Positions 36,004-48,658 of a stretch of 64,000 bases of DNA are shown piece by piece. Positions within the stretch are counted from its first letter, which is position 1, and the number at the start of each line of letters is the position of its first letter. The notes under the pieces are model-generated. The model was not told the origin of the DNA. It made no database searches and saw only the letters and a program-made list of their open reading frames with translations. This stretch comes from Octopus vulgaris (Eukaryota). The stretch lies in the NCBI GenBank assembly GCA_951406725.2, contig OX597830.1, positions 13,144,001 through 13,208,000 of the forward strand, in the 5' to 3' direction. The position numbers and the translations under genes are program-made.

Positions 36004-38149
36004 TTAAACATTACACTCAGAAGTAAAAAATGGTTCTTGGCATAAAAGAAGGACTTGATTTGGCTGCAATCAAAGATTGCATACCTGATTGTGAGGTTGA
36101 CCAAAATGGCATATTGTTGATATGCATTGGGTTTAATTCTTGACAAGAACTGGTCCACTAGGAGTATCATCTCACAGAGAGTCGGTAAGGTAGAGTAAGA
36201 GTTAGCAGGTGAAGAAGATATAATAAGAGATATTTTATATATCTCACTGTTTGCTTTTGAATAGGACAATATTTTAGTTTAGAATATTCAATCTAGACAA
36301 TTTTATCTCTTTTTTTTTTTGTGTGTAATGAAAGAAGCTTAGTAATTTAACATCATTTAGAAATAGAAATAGATTCTAATTTCGGGAAAGTCCTTTGATT
36401 TTTGTAGCATTTTATTTGTTTGAAATCTGTCTCTGTATGTCAGTGTAGCAGTAATAATTGTTCCTGAAACCAATTAAACTAACTTCTGCTTTTTCAAAAA
36501 ATTTCTTTCTTTCATTAAAAGAATGATTTTCAAAGTTTATCTTCTGACCACCAACCCATGCATGTGTATGCCAACACTCACACCTAACATAGTTACACAT
36601 ACACACTTTATTATTTCAAACATAAATATGTTAAGTACAAAAGAAAAACAAAAACTAAAAAACCTGTTAAGATACTGAATATGTTCATTAAATTTCTTTA
36701 TTAGTGTTTTTTCTTGCAGTGTTATACATATGGTTACCATAGTACTAGAATAATTGTAGAATAACTCCTAAATGATTGGAGTGAAATTCTCATGCTATTT
36801 AAACTACATTTTGCTGCACTAGGATTATTAGCATTTTTTCCTCTCACAAATTGTATTTAACTTTTCAACTTTGATATTGAATTTACCTTGCAATCTCACT
36901 GGGCAATTTTGTAATATTTAAAAAATTTTCCTTGTTTTTGTGAGATTTTACCTCTTTTTGTTGTTAGCATCTCTTCTAATGTCTTTCGCTATTATTTTTT
37001 TGTCTTTTTGTAAAACCTCAAAACTAGCTATCCTTTTTCCATTTTAAGTTGTTTATTCTTTATTGCTGTTGTTTTTTTTTTCCTTCCATATTTGAGTATC
37101 AACTATCTATTCATTCTCTTTTGTTTTAATTATTTTATTCCTTAATATTACAACCCTCATTTACTTTCTTAATTCCTCTCTGATTGGGGCAAAATGATTT
37201 CCTTCATTCCTTGGATTTCGAAAACTAAATAAAATTATAGAAAACACCTAGTGTTAAAAATTGTATTGATTTCTAGTTTTAGTGACATGTTGAGAAGTAA
37301 TAAACAATAGAATGAAAGAAAAGAAATTACAGACTCAGGAATCTAAGAAAAACAAAGAAATGTATAATGTAACAGTTTCTGTTTTGGATTTAGCTAGATG
37401 ACAAGGTGTAATGTTTTGAATAGTTCATTTTTTCCTCTATCAAATGAGTTTAAAATTATAAAATTTGGTTCAGTGCTAACAGTAGGAATAATATTACTTT
37501 CTTGATAACGATATTAATAAAACGATTTTTCATTTTGGCTGCATTTTATTTCGCATCAATACTTTTTTTTGTTGACTTCAATGATTGTTGTTATTGATGT
37601 AGGTTTACTAGCCTTGAAAATAACAGGAAGCAAATCATGAAACACTTGTTGCTTTTCACCATGAATTTTCAAACAGAAAGTGAGAAATGATTGCAAAAAT
37701 TTCATAAGTAAATATATTAAAATATGTACCTTACACTTTACTACGCATACACGTTTGTTGGTAATTTATTTTGTTTAAATAAATGTTTCTCGTTTCATAT
37801 TTATTTCTTGCTATTTTATCTCTCAAAACTTTAATACTGGAATCATCGTATTCTAAATATTCTTTTCAATACTTTCATCAGAATGTATGTTCATATTATA
37901 TAAACGGAAGTCATATTTTTCAGTTTTAAATGTGAAACAACATTCAATTGTAACACCAAGAATATATAAACATGATACATCTATTTGTGTGTGTGTGTGT
38001 ACACAAGTGCAATTAGAATATTTTTTTTTATAATTGCAGAACACACACACACACATATATACACAACATACATAATTCTTTGGTTCTTATTTGGTAAAGT
38101 CATTTGTCTCTATAGGTTAGATGTCTCTTACAACATTAATAATAGTTAG

Positions 38150-39030
38150 TCTCTGATGTTTGATGACTATCCAAGTAGATTAGAGCAGCTACTCTTTCCA
38201 TTTTTGATTTGGTCTTTAGGATTATTTGCCTTTAGTTATCTTCTGCTGGGTTTCTTTCTCCCTATTATTTCATTCAGAGTTGCTCATGCAAGAGAAAGTT
38301 GTGAGTTTTCTGCAGTGGTTTCTATTATATGTATTCTATCCTGAAGATGAGCTTTGAGTCCTTGTTTATAGATTTCATCAAGTTTCTGTTTTGCATTTTC
38401 CAATGTTACTTTATTTGTTCTCATGAGTTTACTTATTTTCGTTATAGCTTTATATATTTTGAGTGGTTGTATACTGTCAACTTAACGTGACAGTCCTGTA
38501 AGGGAATTACACCACCGCTGTTTAGCCCTAGGAAGCATCAACGCTTTCTGTCGGCCTTGACACATTTCCTGTGTCCTTATATATTTACGAAGGGGAGACA
38601 AACACCCCCAACAACTAGGCCTGCATCTAGAGACATGCATGTTTCTGGGTCTTGCCCATCATCAGTCTAGAGTAGCAGACGCCTGCTAGCTGAAGATACT
38701 TGTTTCATTCAGTTCTTCTCTTTTCCTAGTTATTTCTTTGTTTCCCCATGCGATATGGTTGTTCATTTCCTTCTACTTTTAAAATATTTGCTTCTGCTGC
38801 ATTTCCATGTGCATTTGCAACATTTAAACCTGGTATTTATGACATCACCTAAAATCCATAATTCTGTGAAGTACTTTTTGATTTCAACTCTGAGTTTCTC
38901 ACAGCTGCATCACTGATATGTTTCTTTCATAATGTACTCTCTCTCTACATAAGTTCTTATTTAAATTTCTAGCTTAACTTGAACTTCCCTGTCACAATCT
39001 TACGGTTAGAGTTGGCTGTAAAATATATAG
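38150..39030 (-). mobile_element. Degenerate LINE (probably RTE) endonuclease-RT linker relic, interrupted at ~38455-38700
   Basis: Minus strand reads AWGNKEITRKREELNET, then after the insert LENAKQKLDEIYKQGLKAHLQDRIHIIE, with stops. Family assignment is from recalled similarity. Confidence 0.5.
38626..38671 (-). ncRNA. Type I hammerhead ribozyme
   Basis: Minus strand: UCUAGA-CUGAUGA-UGGG(CAAGA)CCCA-GAAA-CA(UGCA)UG-UC-UCUAGA; intact catalytic core, three helices and a GUC cleavage triplet. Confidence 0.88.
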
Positions 39031-39047
39031 GCTTTGTAGTTCATATT

Positions 39048-39252
39048 TATTTCTTTATTGCCATCGAGGGGACAAACAAGGACAGACAAAGGAATTAAGT
39101 TGATTATATCGACCCCTGGTACTTAATTTATCGACCCTGAAAGGGTGAAAGGCAAAGTCGACCTTGGCGGAATTTGAACTCAGAACGTAACGGCAGACGA
39201 AATACAGCTACACATTTTGCCCGGTGTGCTAACGACTATGCCAGTTCGCCGC
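39048..39252 (-). mobile_element. SINE family B with a 16-bp TSD
   Basis: CTTTGTAGTTCATATT at 39032-39047 and 39253-39268. Confidence 0.9.
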
Positions 39253-39579
39253 CTTTGTAGTTCATATTGCAGGAATACACACACATGCGCGATTCTGCCT
39301 AGCCATAGTGGTACCAATAACTAATTGTTAGAACTTAATGTGCTTATACTTCACATGTTTGTAAGATCTGGTGGTAAAGAGGCGTGAATTGTCTGATGCT
39401 CTGTGCTCTAGACTCTTATATGATCCAGCATGTCAGTGCAGAGCATAATATTAATAAATGAATGACAAAGGTATATAAATCTTTAAGTAGGTTTTTGTTT
39501 ATGTATATACATCACTATACTTATGCATGCATGCATAAGTATAGGGGTATATATAGGGATGTATAAGCCTATCAAAACT

Positions 39580-40150
39580 TCTGACAAGCAAGAAACAAAG
39601 TTATAAATTCTTCTGGTTAGGATTCAGTAATGGTGTGAGAGGTATGGGCATACTTTTGGCAGGAAATGGGTAGATAAAGTGATTGAGGTAGTGAGAATGT
39701 GTGGTAGGATAATTAAGTTTAAATTAGTCTTGGAAAACACGGCAGTAACACTTATCTCTGCGTTTGCTCTTCGGTCAGGACTGGTGAAGGACTGATTTTA
39801 GGAAACGCTTTGTAGATAACTTTGATGACAAATTATAGTGACCATATCTATCTATCTGGTGATTTCATTGGACATGTTGTGCAACAACCTGATGGATTCT
39901 TTGATGTACAAGGAGGCCACAGCTTTAGTCGTAGAAATGATGAGGGAACAAGACTCTTGGAGTCCTGTGATGCAAATGACATGATGAGCTGCCACACAGA
40001 CTTCAAGAAACCTGATCAATCTGGTGAGCAATCAAGCCAAATTGACTACATTCTTGCCAGAAAATGGGATTGATAGATGCTTGTGAATGCAAAACACCTT
40101 TTGTGGATGAAATATGCACAATTGAATATAGGTTAGTAGGTAAAGACATC
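39580..40150 (+). mobile_element. RTE AP-endonuclease domain relic
   Basis: YKFFWLG..GVRGMGILLA, TLISAFA, LSGDFIGHV (GDFN motif) and SQIDYILAR, with frameshifts and stops. Confidence 0.85.
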
Positions 40151-40873
40151 AGGCACAAGTCATACCTGGGACTTGGGTGGCAGCATTATTTTGTGTACCA
40201 TCAAGTGGAGCATTGTAGAGAGATTTACTTCACAGTAATAGGCTGTAAAAATGAAAGCTTTGTATAGTTGAGAGAACACACCTTATCAGAAGAAGGAACT
40301 GCACTGACTTTTTGAATTCAAAATCAAAAAATTTTACAAAATGTAAGCATGTCGACAAGTTTCTTTCATTGAACTGGAAAACCACCACTCAAGCTCTAGA
40401 TCCAATACACAGTTTAACATTTGATTATCTCCACTAACCATTGTTATATCATATGTAAACACTCAACTTTAATAATATTCCTTACCTAATGGGCTGAAAG
40501 GATACAACTCTTATCCTCCTTTTTTTCCATTCATATTTTTCTCTGTTTTTGTTCTTGTTTTTTCTTTCTTTCCCCCACAGAGTAACCATATTTTTTTCTG
40601 AATCTGAATGCTGGAATTTACTTGGTATGCTAATACAAGCCTGTCTGATGTATGAGTGTGTGTATATGTTTGTGCCCCCAAACATTGCTTGACAACAGAT
40701 GCTGGTGTGTTTATGTCCCCGTAACTTAGCGGTTCGGCAAAACAGACCGATAGAATAAGTACTGGGCTTACGAAGAATAAGTCCTGGGGTTGATTTGCTC
40801 GACTAAAGGCGGTGCACCAGCATGGCCACTGTCAAATGACTGAAACAAGTAAAAGAGAGTAAAGAGTAAAAAG

Positions 40874-40909
<36 letters not shown>

Positions 40910-41824
40910 GTAAATGTATAGATGCATATATGTCTGTATGTGTGTGCATGCATGTTTGTATGTGTATGTCTATAATTATGAATGAATAATTTATTTGAAA
41001 GTAACATCTGGTATTTTGTAGAAAATAATTAGTATTCTATATAAATATATTTACCTTACTTTGTAGCTGTTTAAGAATGAATCAAAGTGTATTTGTTGAA
41101 ACATTCAATATTCTATGAAAGCATTTCATAAGATTATAGAAAAACCAAGCTTTTATGGCACTGCTTATATAGTGAAATTGCCTTTTCTGCATATATTTTT
41201 AATTTGTAACAAAATGTTATGAAATCAATATACTTTGTCTAATCATTTGTAATTTTTTATTTTTAGAATATATAAACTAAATGAAATATAATGATAATGT
41301 TAAAAATTGTTGTAAATTTGATATTTTCATAAATTAGTGTAAATATGATATTGTCATAATTTTTATGCCTATAAATGTATCCTCTTTATGACTCTCTTCC
41401 CTTGATCCTCTTCGTTTCTGCGATGATAAATGATGTCATATCCTGTTGAAACTCATTAGCATATTGAATGAAATTGAAATGGAATTTGAATTCAAAGTTT
41501 TGAGAGTGAAATATTTGAGAGCAAAACATACACTAAATAAAAATAAAATTTTTGGCAGATAGAGGAAGAATATGAGTCATAAGTAAATGGGGAGGGATGG
41601 CAGAGCCCAAGAAGTTGTATAAGAATGGCAAGGACCATCACTTGTTAGGTGAGATATGAAGCAGCAAAATCTGGAGACATTTAAGTAAATTAGATTTACC
41701 ATCAGTAAGAATTGACTACTAACACTGTGTGTGTGTGTGTGTGTTTTCCAAGAGACAAATATTATGTTGAATTATCTTATGTTCGTTAAAAGGATATAGA
41801 ATCAATTTTACTTTAGATTCTAGT

Positions 41825-42199
<375 letters not shown>

Positions 42200-43025
42200 T
42201 AGTGATTAGAAAGGAAAAGAGTTTTGTTGATTTTGTTTATATATATATATATATCATATATATGTACATATATATACATACTTATGTATGTGTGTATACA
42301 CACACACACACACACCTTAAATTTTGGAAGAATACATATTAACAATAAATTTTCCTTGTGCATAAACATAGTTTAATATTTAAATCTTAAAGTTTTTTTC
42401 TCTCTTTAAAATTTGACAGCTAATCTAAAATGGTTTTATTTAACTTTATTAGAATCAAATAAAGCATAAATTTGCTTATACCATTTTCTATTGCTTTTAA
42501 TGCATGTGAGAGTGATGATAAATATATATTTTGGCTGTAACATTTAACCATTTTCTTTTTTTACAATGATATTTTCATGTCATATCAATTGCCTCATTGC
42601 CATTTCTTGAGTGTAACTTTGTCTGTTCTCATCTTATTAGTGGTGACTATTTTCTGATGACTACATGTTTTCATCATCAATTTTTAGTACCTGTTACCAA
42701 CTAAGACGGCAAGTTAATAATGTAGACTCTAAATCGTTGCTCAGCTTTATATAAAAAATCTCTCCATAATCATACCTGACTATTAAAAGAAAAAAAAATT
42801 AAGCTCATTATATATTATGTAGTTTTTTGAAATAATAAGTTCGGATAGTCCTGGCTTGAGCATTTTTGAGTACAGGACTGTCTTTTGGATCAGTAGGGAC
42901 AATAAGAACAGCAAAAGTAACTGGTAAAATGGAAATGCTGTTAATGTATATTTCTTTTGATCTTCTGCCATGAAACATTCATCATATTTCACTCTGTCTC
43001 AAAGTGAGACATAAGATCAAAGATA

Positions 43026-43115
43026 TTCTGGCCATACCAGACCCAGCTTTTTTTCTGGCCATACCAGACCCAGCTTTTTTTCTGGCCATACCAGACCCAG
43101 CTTTTTTTTTCTGGC
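43026..43115. repeat. Three tandem copies of a ~27-bp unit
   Basis: TCTGGCCATACCAGACCCAGC(T)n repeated three times, followed by a partial TCTGGC. Confidence 0.92.
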
Positions 43116-44116
43116 ACAATGTGTAAGGACTTTCTTAGTCTAATATGTCCTTCATTTTGAAAAATGGTAATGTATTGTAGGGATTGTAATTCTAAAGTCA
43201 GCTGGCAGCCTCTTTCTTCGTCAGCATCTAATAAGAGAAGCCCATTAAGTTTTTAGTTCTGCTATATAGAGGGTTTGTTCAAATCCAATATCTATTAAAA
43301 TTCCCCTGATTTGCAGCCTCACAAAAATGTTATCCTTTAATTTTGCTGCACTCACATTTGATGATCAGTCAGCTGGATCTATTATTTTTTTTATTTGATG
43401 TCTTTAACACTGAAATTAGTTTCTTGTTGAAGGTTATTAACCTGATCAATATAGTTGTATATACACTCAAAAATGAACCAAGCTAAAATAGCTTTAGATA
43501 CATTATTATTACAGTTTTCATTTCTGTTCAACTATCAATGATGCGTTCCTGTTGTTAACTAAAGAAATAATGTAATATATACTTATGTTTGTGTGTTTAT
43601 GTATGTTCCCTCATATTTTACATTTTGTTCTGTTTAACTGTTGCTCTTAGATGAGACCTAGATATAGAAATATTTTTCCATAGAAAATAGCCACAACACT
43701 ATGTTATTATATAAGATTAATTACGCTTTGCACTACCTTTCCGGGGGTCTGCATTCAGAGTTTAGATATAAACAAAATTATTAGTTTAAAAATGCTTCTT
43801 TTATTTTAAAGTGTCTTAAAATATCTAACCTAGAGATCTGTCTCTATTCACCGTTTTCGATTGTACAAAAGAATGCAAATTATATCACTATTTCTGAAGT
43901 TGAGATTCTAAATGTAAGTGATCATAACAAATTTTGATAATTTGGTTAGTGTAAGATCACTTTGTTGATACTGATTTTTTTCTTTTTTTCTTTTTGTAAG
44001 TAGAACCAATATGAATTTATAACAGCGCTACACCTTTAACGTGTATGTTGGTTTGAAACTCTTCAGGGGTTGAGACTATTAAACAGGACACACCATTTTC
44101 ATGTTTAAGCTTTTAA

Positions 44117-45098
44117 CCCTTTTGTTACCATATATTTGTCAACGGTCATCCAAAGGCTGTATCATGCGCGGGGACATAGAAATAATCGGATTGAATACCC
44201 GGTCGCACGGTTAAACCATTGGGAGTGAAGGACTCCTAGCCTTTGTTAGGGCATCCTTCTAGGAGAAGGTAACTCAGGTAACTGGGATAACTCCGACATA
44301 AAACCTGCGGCTCAGTGGTTACCGATGATGTTGACTTGCTCTTCTTTTCGGATTATGGTTGCTGTTGCTTAGTGAGTGGGGTTGACTCAGTGCACAGCCT
44401 TTCCTCACTTTAAAAAAAAATCTTCTTGCACAGGCATTGCACGATAACAACATTGATTAAGCTTTGTGCAATGGCCATACTCGATAACGAGGGAGCAGCC
44501 ACCATTTGTTGAATGTCTTCATATCAGTTAATTTTGAAAATAATGAAGAATTTGGTAAAATAGCTCAGTCATTTTTAAGCTGGTGTTTTGGAACAAATTA
44601 AAATGAAATTTTGATTGAAGTTTCTAACCTTTTAGCATTCAGATTACTTTGTCAAATGTTATACATTCACATTTTATGAAATTTATCCTGTATTATCTTG
44701 TAGTGATTGTTTAGTTTTAGAATGATATTGCAGAGTAGGTGTGAGAGGCTGGAAACTTTGCTTCAGAAAAGATGTTTTTTATTTGTGGAGCAAAGTTAAA
44801 CTATCATGCCTTCCTTCTCACCTAATTTTTAAATTGAGAGCATTGAATTTCAACTTGTATAATCTGTTTTCATGTGACATCACCAAAAACAGCAAATACA
44901 ATCTGAAGTTTAAAGGGGGGGAAAAAGCAAAAAAAGAAATCCACAAATGGGGCTAATAGATTGAACCTAAAACAATTAGAATATTTGGGCCTGATATGGT
45001 CGGTTTAAATGTTAAAGGGTTAATATAAATCACTTTAAAAATAGGGAGTTTGTATCATACAAGCAGGGATGGTCTTGGGTGGGTTAGTATCAAAAGGG
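44117..45098. mobile_element. P2 MITE containing nested insertions (RTE-derived element, P1 MITE, templated segment)
   Basis: Outer TTAA-CCCTTTTG...CAAAAGGG-TTAA; inner P1 at ~44628-45019. Confidence 0.82.
44140..44503 (+). mobile_element. 364-bp non-autonomous element, probably RTE-derived
   Basis: ATTTGT TSD (44134-44139 and 44504-44509); CTAGGAGAAGGTAACTC resembles RTE 5' UTR motifs; 3' hairpin CTCG-ATAA-CGAG resembles RTE tails. Confidence 0.6.
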
Positions 45099-45452
45099 TT
45101 AAAGTGTTAAGTATACCAGATCTACCACAAGCATTATAGTCGATGTGGTTTGACTCTGTGATTGAAGTTTATATGATTAAAGCCTTCTTGTGAGAATGTA
45201 TAAAAAAATGGCATATGCCAATATTTGAAATCTTTATTTTGTTGTTTGTTCACAGATAAACATTGATGTTTCATAGATTGAAAGTTGAACTAAATATCTC
45301 AGTGTGACCCACAGAACCATTGTTACAGCTATACCACTCCCTCTGTACACTCATGGAGTTTCTTATAATGGTGGGGCATGGTGCTGTTTTTCTGTTGACT
45401 TGCCTGTAGATTCTGGCCATGACTACAGTTGAAGTGGACAAAGTGTCTAGAG

Positions 45453-45653
45453 CAGTGCTTTTCAAACTTTTTACTGGAGCAGAACCCCAAGGAAACATTC
45501 CACTGGCTCGAGGAACCCCTGTGCAATAATTTAATAGTCTTATGCACATATATCTGCACAGGAGACTTAAAAATTACTGCCGATTTTAGCAATTTTATAA
45601 CTTCTTGTGGAATCCCTGGACTGTACTGGCGGAACCCTGGTTCAAAACCACTG
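45453..45653. mobile_element. hAT (Charlie-like) MITE
   Basis: CAGTG...CACTG imperfect TIRs; 8-bp TSD GTCTAGAG/GTATAGAG. Confidence 0.85.
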
Positions 45654-45734
45654 GTATAGAGTCTCAACTACTGTTGTTACTATGCTCTTCTGTCTGCCGG
45701 TACACAGTATTTTATGCTACTATTTTCTCAGTAT

Positions 45735-46110
45735 ATTTTATCTTTTATTTTGTTTCAGTTATTAGACTGTGGCCATGCTGGAGCACTGCCTGAAAAATTT
45801 TTTTAGTTGAATGAATCAACCCTAGTACTTATTTTTTTTCAAGCCTGGTACTTTTTTGCTGAGCTGCTAAGTTAAAGGGACGTAAACACACCAACACCAG
45901 TTATCAAATAGGTGTGTGACACACACACACACACACACACACACGTTGAACTTCTTTCAGTTTCCATCTACCAAATCCATTCACAAGACTTTGGTTGGCC
46001 TGAGGCTATAGTAGAAGCCATTTGCTCTACCAGCAAATGCCAGGCAGTGAGTTTGAGCCCAGAACCATGTGGTTGGGAAGCAAGCTTCTTACCACACATC
46101 CGTGCCTGCA
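45735..46110 (-). mobile_element. SINE family A, degenerate
   Basis: Reverse-complement head and tail are recognisable. Confidence 0.8.
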
Positions 46111-46743
46111 CTCAATGTATATTCTTCGTTTTGTTTTTGTTTTCACTGAGTATTGACGACAGAGATTTTAATAATAGTGTTGTAGTAATGATCTGAGCTG
46201 TTCTTGAGAATAATTACTCACAGTGGCAGGGGAACTATGAAGGTCTGAGTTTGCTGGCTCAGACTGAAAGCTGGTAAAAACTTACATTAGTATTTTTCTG
46301 ATTTTTCTAAATATAATTTAGACTGTGACTCGGTGTTTTATTTTTTTAGGGTTATTAAAATAAGTAGTAATCAATTTAATTTGTATATTAAACATATATT
46401 GTACCAATGCAAAATTAAATCAAATATTTATGCAACAGAAGGAAAATTTTTCCACAACAGTTTATTATGAAGATTAGGTAAAATGTAATAGATTTTGATT
46501 GTTACACAAAAATGCAAATATTTTGGAAATATTAGAAATAGTAGCTTTTCCCTTTATTGAATGACTTGTTTTTAACTAGCTTGTATAAAAAAAGAATTTA
46601 TAACTTGGACAGAATTTGAATTGATTTCAATGGATAAGATAGTATAAAAATACTAACAGAAAAAAAAAAAAAAAAGAAATTGACATTGTTTGTAATCACT
46701 GTTCTCATATTGTGAAATTTCTGATTCTTAATATTTTAGAATG

Positions 46744-47925
46744 TACAAGGTTGAGCTGAAAAGTTTGTAGGATGGCTATGAAGGAGTGATGCTAGACTAG
46801 TGAAATCTTGCATACATTAATTTCAGTTCTTCTTGTTAATAACTTCATTCTTTCCTTCCTGGTAAATTTACATCTGACTAGCGGATCAATGAAGCTAGTT
46901 TGATCCACTGGATGTGTAATGTCAGTGCGCCCTGAGAGAAATGTTGGACATAAGAAGCATCAGATGTTGTGTGCAAGAGAGGTGACTGCACTGGTATGGT
47001 CATGTGCTGCATATGGATGAGGAGAGCTGTGTGAAGAAGTGTCACTCCCTAACAGTAGAAGGATCCCGTGGAAGAGGGAGACCCAGGAAGACATGGGATG
47101 AGGTGGTGAAACATGACCTTTGAACGATGAGCCTCACAGAAGCAATGGCGAAAGAACAGGATCTCTGGAAATATGCTGTGATTGAGAAGACCCAGCAAGT
47201 AAAGTGAGATCACAGCCGTAGTTGACACCAGTGTTGCATAACCAGCTCATTTAAAAAGTACCTCTGAATCGTCGGGCGACATGCCTTGTCTAAGGAGACC
47301 TATTGAATCAAGTAAAATTAAAATCAAATCAAATCACAATCAAATGGAAATTGTAGTTTTGGCTGATGGTAGTGCCACCTGACTGGCTCCCATGCCAGTG
47401 GCACACAATAAGCACCACCCATGCATGGGTCATTGCCAGTGCTGCCGGACTGGCTCCCCATGCTGGTGGCATGTAAGAAGCACCATCCGAATGTGGTCGA
47501 TGCCAGCCCCCCGCCCCCACTGGCTCCTGTGCTGGCAGCCCATAAAAAAGCACCACCCGAACGTGGCTGATGCCAGTGCCGCCTGACTGACTCCCATGCC
47601 AGTGGCACGTAAAAAAGCACCTACTACACTCTTGGAATGGTTGGTGTTAGGAAGGGCATCCAGCTGTAGAAACATTGCTGAATCAGATTGGAACCTGGTG
47701 CAGCCTCTTGGCTTGCCAGTCCCCAGTCAAACCATCCAACCCATGCCAACATGGAAAATGGACGTTAAATGATGATGATGATGGTGTTCAAAGAAGACTT
47801 CAAATGTTACTGGTAGCAATTTTGTTTCAAAATGGACAAAATTTGGCATTGTGCTGTTATCAAGTACTTGCAGGAAAAGGGTTTAGCCCCTAAGAACATT
47901 CATGCTGAAATGGTATTACTGAGCC
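46744..47925 (+). mobile_element. 5' part of a mariner element split by an RTE insertion
   Basis: TA-CAAGGTTGAGCTGAAAAGTT TIR-like start; after the insertion reads MDKIWHCAVIKYLQEKGLAPKNIHAEMV (mariner N-terminal HTH). Confidence 0.7.
46880..47783 (+). mobile_element. 5'-truncated RTE LINE: ORF C-terminus, 3' UTR and (GAT)n tail
   Basis: LHWYGHVLHMDEESCVKKCHSLTVEGSRGRGRPRKTWDEVVK, then a UTR with four tandem modules and GGACGTTAAATGATGATGATG. This links the common tail repeat to this LINE. Confidence 0.9.
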
Positions 47926-48039
47926 TCAATCCCTCCATTGCAAATACAAGTGGTAACAGTAAGAAACGGTGGCAAACAGTGCTTTGTTATTAAGTATTTA
48001 CTAACTATAAATTACTTCTGTTTTGATGATCTTTTGAGT

Positions 48040-48210
48040 TCTGTTTTCCATAGTAAACACTACAGCAAACTCAATTTAAAATCAAAAGCAATGTCGATAA
48101 ATGATGCTCTCCAATTCAAATTGATGAAGGCTTGTTCCAGTTCATAAGACTTCCTTTCGGTGTGACTGATGCCATAAATACTTTTCAGAGAATTAGAGAT
48201 GCTACAGTTA
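48040..48210 (+). mobile_element. Ty3/Gypsy reverse transcriptase relic
   Basis: HYSKLNLKS upstream and LFQFIRLPFGVTDAINTFQR from 48132 (Gypsy motif YQFxRMPFGLxNAPATFQR). Confidence 0.65.
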
Positions 48211-48455
48211 TCAACAATGATTGTCGTTGACAAAACTTTTCACAAACACAATGAGAGAACTTGGGTTCAATGTATTTCAGTTCCTTGGAGACAATATTTT
48301 ATTGAGCAATCACAACTATCATCTTAGCCAAATATCCATTTTTAACTAGGATGCGAAATAGAAAACAGTTCTTTACAATCTGTCTTAGAATGATTGAAAT
48401 CTCTTGAGAATTTTTTGAGTATATGAGTTGAAATCTTATTTTCTTCAGGTGCTAA

Positions 48456-48658
48456 CTCTTTTGTTACCAACCTGGCCCTTGGTTCTATGACAAAAACTTC
48501 CTATTTTAAACTGATCCAAAACTAAAATCTTCCATTTAATTTTCATGTAAATTTATGTTCCAAATAATGACAAGGTTCCTTGACTAAATTCTTCAATATT
48601 TTCAAAATTAATTGAAACAAAAGTAATATATTTTAATAGCAATTTGGTAACAAAAGGG
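48456..48658. mobile_element. piggyBac-type MITE P2, degenerate
   Basis: CTCTTTTGTTACCAA...TTGGTAACAAAAGGG-TTAA. Confidence 0.8.

Noticed and set aside
37845-37890. Minus-strand CTGATGA...GAAA as a hammerhead
   Set aside because: Helix II is only 2 bp and helix I does not form; expected by chance in AT-rich DNA.
44137-44504. TG...CA solo LTR reading of the 364-bp insert
   Set aside because: No matching TSD at those ends, whereas a 6-bp TSD fits 44140-44503.
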